Source: a virus
DNA: 48,885 nt
Direction: 5' to 3' (one strand)
UHGV virus genome: UHGV-0858861
The notes beneath the pieces were generated by a model that was given only the letters and a program-made list of their open reading frames with translations, was not told the DNA's origin and made no database searches. A program made the translations under genes and the position numbers. Below, in pieces: positions 28,054 to 36,091 of this stretch; positions within the stretch are counted from its first letter, which is position 1; each line of letters opens with the position of its first letter.

Positions 28054-29194
28054 ATGGTTTTGCACCTGCGGCCAGTTTATCCGCAGATATCTTTATCAGT
28101 TCCTGTAGTGTCCTGGCTGGTAGGTTTGCATCCAGAACGCTGAGTATGCTGTTGTGATCCGCCTGGTCGACTACTTTGCCTGTCGGTGGTAGTAGCTTGA
28201 GCTGAGGATTCAGGTCCTCGTCAAAGCTGATAAGTGCTCTGGCGTTCCTGAGCAGATCAAGAAGTAAGGCTGATATCACATTTTCCTGAGTCATTGCTGG
28301 CAGATTTAGCGCCGCTTTGGTTTTCCCTGTTGCCTTGTCAAACTCCTTGATTAGTTCCTTCCTGTAGTTCGGTTCCGTTAATAGCCGATTATGCTCTGTT
28401 GCCGCGCGGATAATCGTTTTTTCCTGGTACAGTCGTTTAGCCAGATCTCGCTCGTACTGTGTTTTTAACACGCTGCTGATAGCGTTAAAGGCTTCAATGT
28501 AGGCCAGCTTGATATCCTTCACGCCTGGACCGTCGATACTTTCCATGAGCAAGGTAAATCCGTCTTTTGTCATGCGATATATTGTTATTTCGCGGTCGCT
28601 TCCTTCCAGCGGTCGTTGTTCTTTAAAGAAGTGACGCGCCGCAGCCGTGCGAGGAATGCGTAACGCATCGATGGCCATAACGATGGAATTGTTTGTGGTG
28701 CTGAATGCCTGAGCAACATCGGCTGAGGTTGTGAGTGGCTCGTTGTTGCACACCTTAATGTAAAACATCGGTTTGGCGTTGAGCGTATCGACAACCTCAC
28801 GAGCATTGTTTGGCGAGACGGTAACGGTCGCGGCCGTTTGCGCGTTCTGGTTGAAATAGCAGTCTTCCAGCCGTTCGAACACATCCCACGCTTGGTTAGT
28901 TTCAAGCATTTTGGCGTGACGTGCAGCCCCGCGTTCTGTCCAGAGAATTAGGGAGCGGGCATTTTTACCAACTAACCCGATTGTTTCGGGTCTGTTCTTG
29001 AACTCGCGTAATTCGTTTTTTTCAATTTTAAAGTAATGCTTTCCGGCTACGAATCGCGTCGTGTTGTTCAGAAAGTTATCAGAAATGTTTTTGATTTTTG
29101 TTCCGTATAACTGCGCCAGAAGTTCACTAGTGATAACGGGGATCTGGTTATGCAGGATAGGCTGTAGGGTGTTAACGGTCGGAAGCGTTTTCAT
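28052..29194 (-). CDS. antirepressor-like regulatory protein (ORF6N-like N-terminus + Rha-like domain)
   Basis: 380-aa ORF; architecture of phage antirepressor/Rha regulators; coupled to a small upstream ORF. Confidence 0.6.
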   Translation of the reverse strand: MKTLPTVNTLQPILHNQIPVITSELLAQLYGTKIKNISDNFLNNTTRFVAGKHYFKIEKNELREFKNRPETIGLVGKNARSLILWTERGAARHAKMLETNQAWDVFERLEDCYFNQNAQTAATVTVSPNNAREVVDTLNAKPMFYIKVCNNEPLTTSADVAQAFSTTNNSIVMAIDALRIPRTAAARHFFKEQRPLEGSDREITIYRMTKDGFTLLMESIDGPGVKDIKLAYIEAFNAISSVLKTQYERDLAKRLYQEKTIIRAATEHNRLLTEPNYRKELIKEFDKATGKTKAALNLPAMTQENVISALLLDLLRNARALISFDEDLNPQLKLLPPTGKVVDQADHNSILSVLDANLPARTLQELIKISADKLAAGAKP

Positions 29195-29382
29195 TTTGCA
29201 CCTCCCATAACTACTTTGGTTACGAGGGAGATTTTTGCGTCAGAAACAGCGTTATCGTTGCTGGCGATGCGCATAGCTTCGCGCTCGATGATTTCAGCCA
29301 GGCGTAATTTATCGGCGTATGAGGCTTTCTTGAGAAGGAGCTTTACGAGGTTGACGTAATAGTCATGGGGTAAGTTTGTCAT
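29191..29382 (-). CDS. small protein in icd-like position upstream of antirepressor
   Basis: 63-aa ORF whose stop overlaps the antirepressor start; SD AAGGGA upstream. Confidence 0.4.
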   Translation of the reverse strand: MTNLPHDYYVNLVKLLLKKASYADKLRLAEIIEREAMRIASNDNAVSDAKISLVTKVVMGGAK

Positions 29383-29439
29383 TGTGATGATTCCCTTAAA
29401 GGTTAAGGATACTCACCACCGTCAGGTTCCAATCATTGG

Positions 29440-29570
29440 GTGGTGAGACGTGCAGGGTTGGAACTACCGGACACAATGACGAACCGGCGAGTCTTACGAC
29501 TCCCCCGCACGCCCCACCATAATTTGGGGGTAGCAGTGCTTTACGCATAAAAAAACCGCTAACGCGGTAT
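29440..29570 (-). ncRNA. candidate c4-like antisense RNA region of an immI-like locus
   Basis: Minus-strand leader carries two hairpin-loop copies of GAUUGGAACC (29424-29433 and 29590-29599) flanking a segment with the complementary GGUAGUUCCAACC (29455-29470), plus a minus-strand terminator hairpin near 29550-29570. Confidence 0.3.
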
Positions 29571-29680
29571 GCGCCATTGTGTCTACGGGGTTCCAATCCC
29601 GGCCGTAGATTTTGCTACGGCTCGGAAAGTGTCCACCAATGGCGCATTCATGTCAATACGGCGGGATTTTAACAGACTAA

Positions 29681-29695
29681 ACCACATAGTGTGGG
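29681..29695. promoter_or_regulatory. repressor-type operator-like dyad upstream of the antirepressor operon
   Basis: ACCAC-ATAGT-GTGGG, one mismatch from the ACCAC-N5-GTGGT dyads near cI. Confidence 0.4.
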
Positions 29696-29776
29696 TTTGA
29701 ATGCCGAGCTTTTAATTTTCTTGATATACCAGAGGCGGGAATGTATAGTTCCTTTAAGGAATGACTCAATCCTGAG

Positions 29777-30406
29777 TTGTGGTGTTTTGTTAAAGTTGGG
29801 AACAAGGAAAAAATTCAATATGGGGATAAAAAAATGACTGAAACGTCAAAAAACTCATGTTTTTCAACAATCCACCTAATGATCATAAAAGAACTTAGGC
29901 TAGAAAGAGGTGTGCATCAAGGAGTGCTGGCTCAAGCTGCTGGAAAAACACCAAACGCATGGACAAAGATAGAGAACGGACAGTCTGTATTAACGGTTGA
30001 TGCTCTTTTTGGTGCTTGCTCTGCCCTTAATATTACCCCAATGAATTTCATGTTGTTGGTAGAAAAACTGATTCCCGAATTTAATCGCCATGGTTACTAC
30101 TTTTTCCCGGGAACAATCAGTCAAGACGAGGATAACCTTTTACCTCTGATGCTGAGTTACTTCAACAGCAAGGGATTTGAAGCATTGAGAAATAGGCCAT
30201 TCGAAAGAATTAGCATAAGCTCAATGGGATTTTCATTTCTGGGCGGCTCTCCTGTTATTCCAACTGCTGTAAGGTACTGTTGTGATGAAGCATACAGAAA
30301 TTGGGTCGATAACGGCGCTAAATCGAACATATCAAATGATTCTCTCTCATTAACATTTGAATCATTTGGGAAGGAAGGGGGAGAAACAAAAAAACCGTCC
30401 TTTTGA
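29777..30406 (+). CDS. HTH (XRE-type) domain protein with uncharacterised C-terminal domain
   Basis: ORF (probable start 29834, MTETSKN...) with N-terminal HTH (GVHQGVLAQAAGKTPNAWTKIENGQS); terminator hairpin overlaps its stop. Confidence 0.45.
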   Translation: MWCFVKVGNKEKIQYGDKKMTETSKNSCFSTIHLMIIKELRLERGVHQGVLAQAAGKTPNAWTKIENGQSVLTVDALFGACSALNITPMNFMLLVEKLIPEFNRHGYYFFPGTISQDEDNLLPLMLSYFNSKGFEALRNRPFERISISSMGFSFLGGSPVIPTAVRYCCDEAYRNWVDNGAKSNISNDSLSLTFESFGKEGGETKKPSF

Positions 30407-30418
30407 GGACGGTTCTTT
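30391..30418 (+). terminator. rho-independent terminator
   Basis: Hairpin CCGTCC-TTTTGA-GGACGG followed by a T-rich run. Confidence 0.55.
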
Positions 30419-30744
30419 CGTGCTGATCGGATTCGCGGTCCTTTCAGCATAACGTCGTTGTACTAATACAACCACGCAAGCACAAACAGCAACTACATTC
30501 TTACCCAACTGAGGTGAATAGTCCACTATTCATATAAAAAAATTTAGCTCATTAGCTCATGCAAAATGAAGGTTTTTAACTTATTTACGTGTAATCTTAT
30601 GTAATAAAAGCGTTTTTTATTCCTTCATTATGAAGGGTATGACGTGTAATATGGCTTGGGGCCTTTCCGCCGATTCGCACCCGGGCACTGACTTTCAGGA
30701 AAGGATTATCCACTTGCCGTACCACGCAGGCACAAACAGCGTGC

Positions 30745-30927
30745 TTGCTCTCGCGTCATTTTCGTCGGTGGGGATGCCGTGAAACGGCCTGTAAGGGCCA
30801 CACAATGAAAAAATACTACATGTGTATTTTTATCGTTGTTACTGGAGCTTTGTTTACGCCACATGGGGAGGGTTGGAAGATTACTGATAACGCTCTGAAT
30901 GTGACGATAAACATTAGCAGCAAGTAG
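30745..30927 (+). CDS. small hydrophobic peptide (about 40 aa from the ATG at 30805)
   Basis: MKKYYMCIFIVVTGALFT... with one predicted TM helix, SD AAGGG upstream, strong terminator immediately downstream. Confidence 0.3.
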   Translation: MLSRHFRRWGCRETACKGHTMKKYYMCIFIVVTGALFTPHGEGWKITDNALNVTINISSK

Positions 30928-30932
30928 CGATT

Positions 30933-30956
30933 AGGCCCCTTCGGGGGCCTTTTTTA
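30933..30956 (+). terminator. strong rho-independent terminator
   Basis: Hairpin AGGCCCC-TTCG-GGGGCCT followed by TTTTTT. Confidence 0.7.
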
Positions 30957-30965
30957 TGGTTGAAT

Positions 30966-31148
30966 TTAAACGCTGGAGCGCATTAAGCCTTTCAGAACTG
31001 CTTCACGTACCCATTCTGGCCTGGTGGATAGCAGGGCAAATAAGCAGCCAGCTTGTAGCCGTTTGAGGTCGGTTAGACGAGTTTTCAGTAACCGTGTATA
31101 TTGTTGCTCGGACATAACAAATTCCCCTTGTTGTGTCGCGACGGCCAA
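30966..31148 (-). CDS. hypothetical small protein downstream of parG
   Basis: 60-aa ORF on the same strand as the partition genes. Confidence 0.3.
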   Translation of the reverse strand: MAVATQQGEFVMSEQQYTRLLKTRLTDLKRLQAGCLFALLSTRPEWVREAVLKGLMRSSV

Positions 31149-31177
31149 CAGTTGGCGCTGGAGGCCGTCACCTTCTC

Positions 31178-31426
31178 TTACTTCTGGTTGTATTGAGCCT
31201 TGAGTAACTCAAAAGATTTTGTCAGCACTTCTTTCAATGACATATCCATTGAGCTGGCGAACGTTTTGTACTCGCGTTTAAATTCAGGGTCGACGTTAAA
31301 CGCCATTTGTGCCCCACCTGATTTGGTTCTGGTTGGCGTTTCAGTCGGGTCGAAAACCTGCGGTTGTTCGATCGATGGCGGTACGCCTTTGCTGTTCTTC
31401 TTTGGTGGTTTTGATGGTGCGGCCAT
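31178..31426 (-). CDS. parG: ParG-like partition protein (ribbon-helix-helix)
   Basis: 82-aa ORF directly downstream of the ParA-type ATPase; C-terminus resembles the ParG RHH region; unstructured basic N-terminus. Confidence 0.5.
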   Translation of the reverse strand: MAAPSKPPKKNSKGVPPSIEQPQVFDPTETPTRTKSGGAQMAFNVDPEFKREYKTFASSMDMSLKEVLTKSFELLKAQYNQK

Positions 31427-31469
31427 GTGTATCCCCTCTTATATAAATCTATAAAACTATAATTATATA

Positions 31470-32138
31470 TTACGCGGCAGTAGTCAGAGCCTCAAGCTGG
31501 TTGATAATCCCCTGAATAACGTCGTCTGCCTTTTTGCGTGGCGCAACGTATGAGCACTCAATGAGGCTTAAGCCCTTATCCTGAGCTTTGCTCAGAGCTG
31601 GCTTGTGGGGAATGTACTTATCAACAACAAAGTATGGCGTATTAGCCAGGTACTCTTGGGCTTCAATATAGTCAGCTTCGTTTTCAGCCGCGCCGGAAAA
31701 CACCATGCAAATTTTCTTGATTGGTACACCCTTTTTAACGATGCCGTGAGCAGTGTTAACGGTGGTTTCTAGGTCATCGGTAGAGAATCTGGTTGGCAAA
31801 ATAACCATATCCAGAAATTCAGAGAGCTTCGGTACTGATTCAGATGCGTAGGCACCGCCATCGACGATAACCAGGTCGTATACTTCTGATTCGATGATTT
31901 TCTGGACTTGTGATGGTGTGCCGCACGGCTGCGCCGCGATTGCTGGTTCGATATTGTTGGCCATTCTGCGTTGTACCCAACGCGTTACCGTTCCGTTAAG
32001 CACATCCATATCGATCAGGCATACATTCCAGCCAGCCTTTGCATAAGCAACTGCTAAAGCACGGGCAATTGTTGATTTGGTTACGCCGCCTTTTCCGTTG
32101 AAAATACCTACAGAGATAGTCATTTGTCGAGACTCCAT
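31470..32138 (-). CDS. parA: ParA/ParF-type partition ATPase
   Basis: 222-aa ORF with deviant Walker A (GKGGVTKST). Confidence 0.8.
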   Translation of the reverse strand: MESRQMTISVGIFNGKGGVTKSTIARALAVAYAKAGWNVCLIDMDVLNGTVTRWVQRRMANNIEPAIAAQPCGTPSQVQKIIESEVYDLVIVDGGAYASESVPKLSEFLDMVILPTRFSTDDLETTVNTAHGIVKKGVPIKKICMVFSGAAENEADYIEAQEYLANTPYFVVDKYIPHKPALSKAQDKGLSLIECSYVAPRKKADDVIQGIINQLEALTTAA

Positions 32139-32270
32139 GTGTTTGGTTATATAATTCTATAAATCTATATTTATAGAACGAGGTAAGCATAACCAACTTT
32201 TTGGCGGATGAAAAGCGTTTTATATAATTATATAAATCTATAATCATATAAGCGGGCGTTAGCCCGCTTG
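32139..32270. promoter_or_regulatory. AT-rich palindromic iterons upstream of parF (candidate centromere/operator)
   Basis: Repeated TATAAATCTATA and TATATAATTATATA motifs at 32157-32185 and 32225-32250; related boxes at 31436-31468 and upstream of the conserved promoter modules. Confidence 0.45.
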
Positions 32271-32273
32271 CAG

Positions 32274-32648
32274 TCAGAGGTCAGCTATCGTTGATATCAG
32301 TTGATTTGCTAGCTGTCGCTGTTTACGTGAGAGGGTTAGAGCAGCTTCTGAGCGGTCGCTAAGAGGGGTGTTTTCATCAAGAATCATGAGGCATACAGAA
32401 ATAATAGCCCTGTTATATGCCATCAATGGCTGGCACAGCTTCGATACCGCTGGCACATCGTATTGTAAGGCCGTTTTGAGGCAGACTTTTTGTTCTGATG
32501 CCAGATGAAGGATAGATTCTATCCAGTCGATATCTTTCTCATTATCAATGATTTGGCATAACATACACTCAATCGCTATGTTCAACGCTTGGATTTCGAT
32601 TCCAGCAGTGATCAGAGTTTCGTTTTTATTGGCTGTATGTAATTCCAT
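32274..32648 (-). CDS. hypothetical protein downstream of the repressor gene
   Basis: 124-aa ORF; an operator-like dyad (32684-32698) lies about 40 bp upstream of its start. Confidence 0.4.
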   Translation of the reverse strand: MELHTANKNETLITAGIEIQALNIAIECMLCQIIDNEKDIDWIESILHLASEQKVCLKTALQYDVPAVSKLCQPLMAYNRAIISVCLMILDENTPLSDRSEAALTLSRKQRQLANQLISTIADL

Positions 32649-32683
32649 GCGTAGCCTCTTTTATACTTTCACATGTTGTCAAA

Positions 32684-32698
32684 ACCACAAAGCGTGGT
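32684..32698. promoter_or_regulatory. repressor-type operator-like dyad (or hairpin) between cI-like gene and the 124-aa gene
   Basis: AACCAC-AAAGC-GTGGTT followed by a T-run on the plus strand. Confidence 0.4.
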
Positions 32699-32740
32699 TT
32701 TTTTGAGCGTAGAAATGCACGGCTTTCGCCGTGCTGTGTA

Positions 32741-33397
32741 TCATAACCAGTTGACAACACTAACTACGCGGCCAAGAACTTTATAACGCTTAAATTCCTC
32801 GTTATTCAGATGCTTAGTGTTCATTTCAGCATCCCTTTCGGTTGACAGCATAACAGCATTGTCACCCGGTATGACTCTACAGTGCCTCAAAACAACCAGG
32901 CCATTTCTGTCTTCAAGGGCATAGATCCCCTCATGAATCTCTGTATCGTCTGTATCAATCAGGACTTGGGAGCCAGGGGATATTGTTGGTGACATTAACT
33001 CATCGTTGCTCTGGAGAACTGACAGAGACGATGGGTTGATGTTCTTGCTTCGTAGAATCTCCTGTTCTATCGCCAGCACTGGCTTTTCTCCGGCGTGCGA
33101 TGCTATGTCATTTTTTATAGCTACAAGCCCAGGAATAACAGGAGCGTTAGTATTCTGGGGTGGGAACGGGTTATCTGTTAAGCACGCGATATAAGGCGCT
33201 GATGCTTTCAGGGCGTGCGCGATTTTCTTGATGGCAGGTATAGATGGTTGTCTTAATCCGGCCTCATAGTTCTGCAAGGTGCTTAAGCCTATTCCAGTGA
33301 CTTGCTGGAGATCTCCGGCAGTCATGCCGGATTGTTTCCGTAGAGTCTGAATGCGCAGACCTATTTCTTTCTTGATGTTCTCGTCGTTGCTTTTCAT
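32741..33397 (-). CDS. CI-like repressor (N-terminal XRE HTH + C-terminal S24/LexA-like peptidase domain)
   Basis: 218-aa ORF; HTH (MTAGDLQQVTGIGLSTLQNYEAG) and C-terminal segment resembling the S24 autocleavage domain; divergent from a Cro-like gene. Confidence 0.7.
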   Translation of the reverse strand: MKSNDENIKKEIGLRIQTLRKQSGMTAGDLQQVTGIGLSTLQNYEAGLRQPSIPAIKKIAHALKASAPYIACLTDNPFPPQNTNAPVIPGLVAIKNDIASHAGEKPVLAIEQEILRSKNINPSSLSVLQSNDELMSPTISPGSQVLIDTDDTEIHEGIYALEDRNGLVVLRHCRVIPGDNAVMLSTERDAEMNTKHLNNEEFKRYKVLGRVVSVVNWL

Positions 33398-33433
33398 GTC
33401 TCATCAATCGTGAATGGTGGGTTATTTATACAT

Positions 33434-33552
33434 TACCACATTTAGTGGTTTTCACATGGTAAGACGAGAGGTGGACCACAAATAGAAGGTTATTTTTTGT
33501 TTCGCCCATTGAAAAACTCACGATGTGTGGTTTTAATACCACATATCGTGGT
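33434..33552. promoter_or_regulatory. operator cluster in the cI/cro-like divergent promoter region
   Basis: Dyads ACCAC-ATTTA-GTGGT (33434-33448), degenerate CTCAC-GATGT-GTGGT (33517-33531) and ACCAC-ATATC-GTGGT (33538-33552). Confidence 0.6.
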
Positions 33553-33571
33553 TTTAATTGGAGTTCGTTAA

Positions 33572-34066
33572 ATGACCTTTCAGGAGTGGGTTGACGAAAA
33601 TGGAGGCCAAATTGGTGTTGCCAGAAAGTTTGGCTTTACGTCATCACTGATTGGTGCCTGGTATCGCTTCGAGAGATTCCCTCGTGCGGATAACCTGACG
33701 CTGCTGGTGGCGTATTCGGAAGGCCGGATTAACGTCCAGCAATGGGCGGCAGATTTTGCCGAACGTCAGCGCCAGCGTAGCGATGGCACATCGGTTCGGC
33801 AGAACAAGATCAAAGGGAATCTCCCTGTTAACTGCTTATCAAGGCTGAAAGCGGTTTTCTCTGAGCTGGGGATGCCTGCGGAGCGTTGCAATCTACGCGG
33901 TCCGCGATTCATTGCTCGCTGGAAACACTCACACGTAACCGTTTCAGAGGTTCGTGATGCGATTGCCGTGCTGGAGCTTAAGAATAAAGATTCCAGCGAT
34001 ATCGAGCTGATTCATAAGGAGATTAGCAACGCCCGGCGTTCAGCACTTGGGAGGCTTGAGGAATGA
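33572..34066 (+). CDS. Cro/YdaS-like DNA-binding protein (first rightward gene)
   Basis: 164-aa ORF divergent from the repressor; N-terminal HTH-like segment (NGGQIGVARKFGFTSSLIGAWY). Confidence 0.45.
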   Translation: MTFQEWVDENGGQIGVARKFGFTSSLIGAWYRFERFPRADNLTLLVAYSEGRINVQQWAADFAERQRQRSDGTSVRQNKIKGNLPVNCLSRLKAVFSELGMPAERCNLRGPRFIARWKHSHVTVSEVRDAIAVLELKNKDSSDIELIHKEISNARRSALGRLEE

Positions 34067-34578
34067 TGATTCTGGCCTTCTTTGGTGATAATCACCAGAT
34101 TCAATCGCAGGTGGTGCACTACCTTGATCAAACGATTAAAGGATTTGTTATCGATCATATTGATAACGATAGCAAACATCTATCTGTAGATCAGAAAATT
34201 GGACGTGTGCAGCGACTGGTTGCCAGCCGTAACAGACGTGACACCGTAACAGTCGTCACGGGGATAACGGAGGTCATGGAGTACCAGATGTTGCTGCGTC
34301 GTGGAGCTGTTTTCTGCGTTCTTCCTGGCATTCTGCCAGCAATTCTTGCTCGTGGTTTTGTCCCTATTGATGAGTCGTTTTTATATGTAACCCCAAGCCG
34401 TTCCCTTCTGGATACGGAGGCGAAGCGTCGCATTTATATGATGCCGGACGAGGCATTTTCTGAATGTTACCGCCGTGAAATGAGGTTGGGTAAACGAGAA
34501 GTGTCTGTTGTTCGTGATGGCAGGTTTTTAAGAAGCCGCACGGTGAAAAGCACCAGAAATGACGGGGGCCATCAATGA
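34063..34578 (+). CDS. hypothetical protein
   Basis: 171-aa ORF, translationally coupled in the early-right operon. Confidence 0.35.
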   Translation: MMILAFFGDNHQIQSQVVHYLDQTIKGFVIDHIDNDSKHLSVDQKIGRVQRLVASRNRRDTVTVVTGITEVMEYQMLLRRGAVFCVLPGILPAILARGFVPIDESFLYVTPSRSLLDTEAKRRIYMMPDEAFSECYRREMRLGKREVSVVRDGRFLRSRTVKSTRNDGGHQ

Positions 34579-34808
34579 GTAGTTATGTTCGCGGTGCTGC
34601 GATGCATTGCCAGAATCCCCAATTCTGGCGCTTTCTGACCAGTAAAACAGGGAAGAACGTTTTAAACAGTTCTGAGGCCTCTGTGATTCTGCGTGAGTTT
34701 TGCGGGATCTCATCCCGTAAAGAGCTGGCAAAGAACTACGCGGCCAGAAGCATGTATGTCCAGTTAATCAACGAGTTCAACCTCTTTATCAATGGTAAGG
34801 GGCGCTGA
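34575..34808 (+). CDS. hypothetical protein
   Basis: 77-aa coupled ORF. Confidence 0.3.
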   Translation: MSSYVRGAAMHCQNPQFWRFLTSKTGKNVLNSSEASVILREFCGISSRKELAKNYAARSMYVQLINEFNLFINGKGR

Positions 34809-35212
34809 TGAACGGACGTACGCCAACGAAGAAAGAGAAACTTTATATACAAGCGGTGCTCACTCACGTGGGTTGCATAGCTTGCATTATTGATGGCCGT
34901 GAAATTGAGAATCCAGAGCTGTGGACGGAGCTACATCACGATCCTGATTACGGCAGCGTTGATGAGAATTGCCACTTCCATAGCTTTGGGTTGTGCGCAC
35001 CACATCATCGCGGTGTTGTGCCTGGTGGTGGGCGCGTGCCTCCGCATATTGCCGTTCGTCACCCTCCCCTGAGTAATTGTGCTCGCTTTGTTGAGCGTTA
35101 TGGCACCGATGAATTTTTGTGTGCGCAGACGTGGGAGCTGTTGCCGCAGTCAGTTAAAGACGAAATTGGGTTTGATCTTAGTCTTGGTGAAGTACCAGGG
35201 GATACCAAATGA
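34808..35212 (+). CDS. Ref-like HNH nuclease (recombination enhancement function family)
   Basis: 134-aa ORF with GRTPT...CIAC...HH and Cys/His cluster resembling the phage P1 Ref core as recalled. Confidence 0.5.
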   Translation: MNGRTPTKKEKLYIQAVLTHVGCIACIIDGREIENPELWTELHHDPDYGSVDENCHFHSFGLCAPHHRGVVPGGGRVPPHIAVRHPPLSNCARFVERYGTDEFLCAQTWELLPQSVKDEIGFDLSLGEVPGDTK

Positions 35213-35541
35213 GATATACCGGCTTTCGCAAACCAGCGACCAGAAAAAGCAAATACGGCAATAAAAAAACGGTTGTCGATGATATCGCTTTTGATAGCAA
35301 AAAAGAGGCTGATTACTACTGCGAACTGAAGCTACTGAGAAAAGCTGGCCGCGTTGTGACGTTTCTTATGCAGGTGCCTTTTCATCTGCCAGGTGGTGTC
35401 GTTTATAAACTTGATTTCATGGTGTTTTATGACGATGGGACGATTGATTGTGTCGACACTAAAGGTGTGCGAACAGACGTCTACATCATGAAGAAAAAGC
35501 AGGTAGAGGCGCTTTATCCCGTCACGATACGGGAGATCTGA
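35209..35541 (+). CDS. DUF1064-like phage protein
   Basis: 110-aa ORF (YGNKKT...DSKKEADYY...) typical of a lambdoid early-region family. Confidence 0.45.
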   Translation: MRYTGFRKPATRKSKYGNKKTVVDDIAFDSKKEADYYCELKLLRKAGRVVTFLMQVPFHLPGGVVYKLDFMVFYDDGTIDCVDTKGVRTDVYIMKKKQVEALYPVTIREI

Positions 35542-35544
35542 ACA

Positions 35545-35922
35545 GTGAGACGCGATCTGGATAGCTTGTTTGAGCTATGGGCGCTGTGGGTGCGCAATGG
35601 CTGCAACGCCCGTAGCGGTTTCGCGTCGATGTTAGAAATGATGATGGTTACGCGTTGCCAGTTTACCGGAGGGGGCGGCGCACCAAATGACTCACTGGAA
35701 ACCAGTATCGAGGGAGCGGTGACGGCCCTCACGGTAGTTGATGAGACTGCGGCGCTGGTTGTCCGAATTGAATACGGGGCGTGGGAGATTCGGGGCCTCG
35801 ACATAAATGCACCGCATATTGATAAAGCCCACGCCCTTTCTCTTAGTCTCAGACAGTATCGCCGGAAGCTGGCAAAAGCCAGGGCGTATGTTGTCGACTA
35901 TTTGAAAAAGCGAAGAGAGTAA
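35545..35922 (+). CDS. hypothetical protein (possible regulator, function unassigned)
   Basis: 125-aa ORF, last gene before module copy 2. Confidence 0.3.
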   Translation: MRRDLDSLFELWALWVRNGCNARSGFASMLEMMMVTRCQFTGGGGAPNDSLETSIEGAVTALTVVDETAALVVRIEYGAWEIRGLDINAPHIDKAHALSLSLRQYRRKLAKARAYVVDYLKKRRE

Positions 35923-35972
35923 AAGTGTCATTTTGAGCTGTTTTGATGGTGTGTAGATATCGGGGACATCGA

Positions 35973-36091
35973 AAATCTATAAATATATAATTATAGATTT
36001 ATATAAAAAGTGCTTTACAGGTGGGAAAAAATTTCCTAAGGTTATACCCGAAACCGAGCGATACCCGCCCTGGTTAAACCGGAGAAATCTG
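35973..36091 (+). promoter_or_regulatory. conserved promoter + 5' leader module, copy 2
   Basis: Near-identical to 25914-26029 and 44044-44162 from the AT-rich box through TTTACA, GGAAAAAATTTCC and the leader to the SD; ATG at 36092. Confidence 0.55.

Noticed and set aside
35545-35922. Assignment of the 125-aa ORF as a Q-type antiterminator
   Set aside because: Only positional reasoning; no zinc-finger or other Q signature, and it is separated from the lysis cassette by a ten-gene operon, so it is left as hypothetical.
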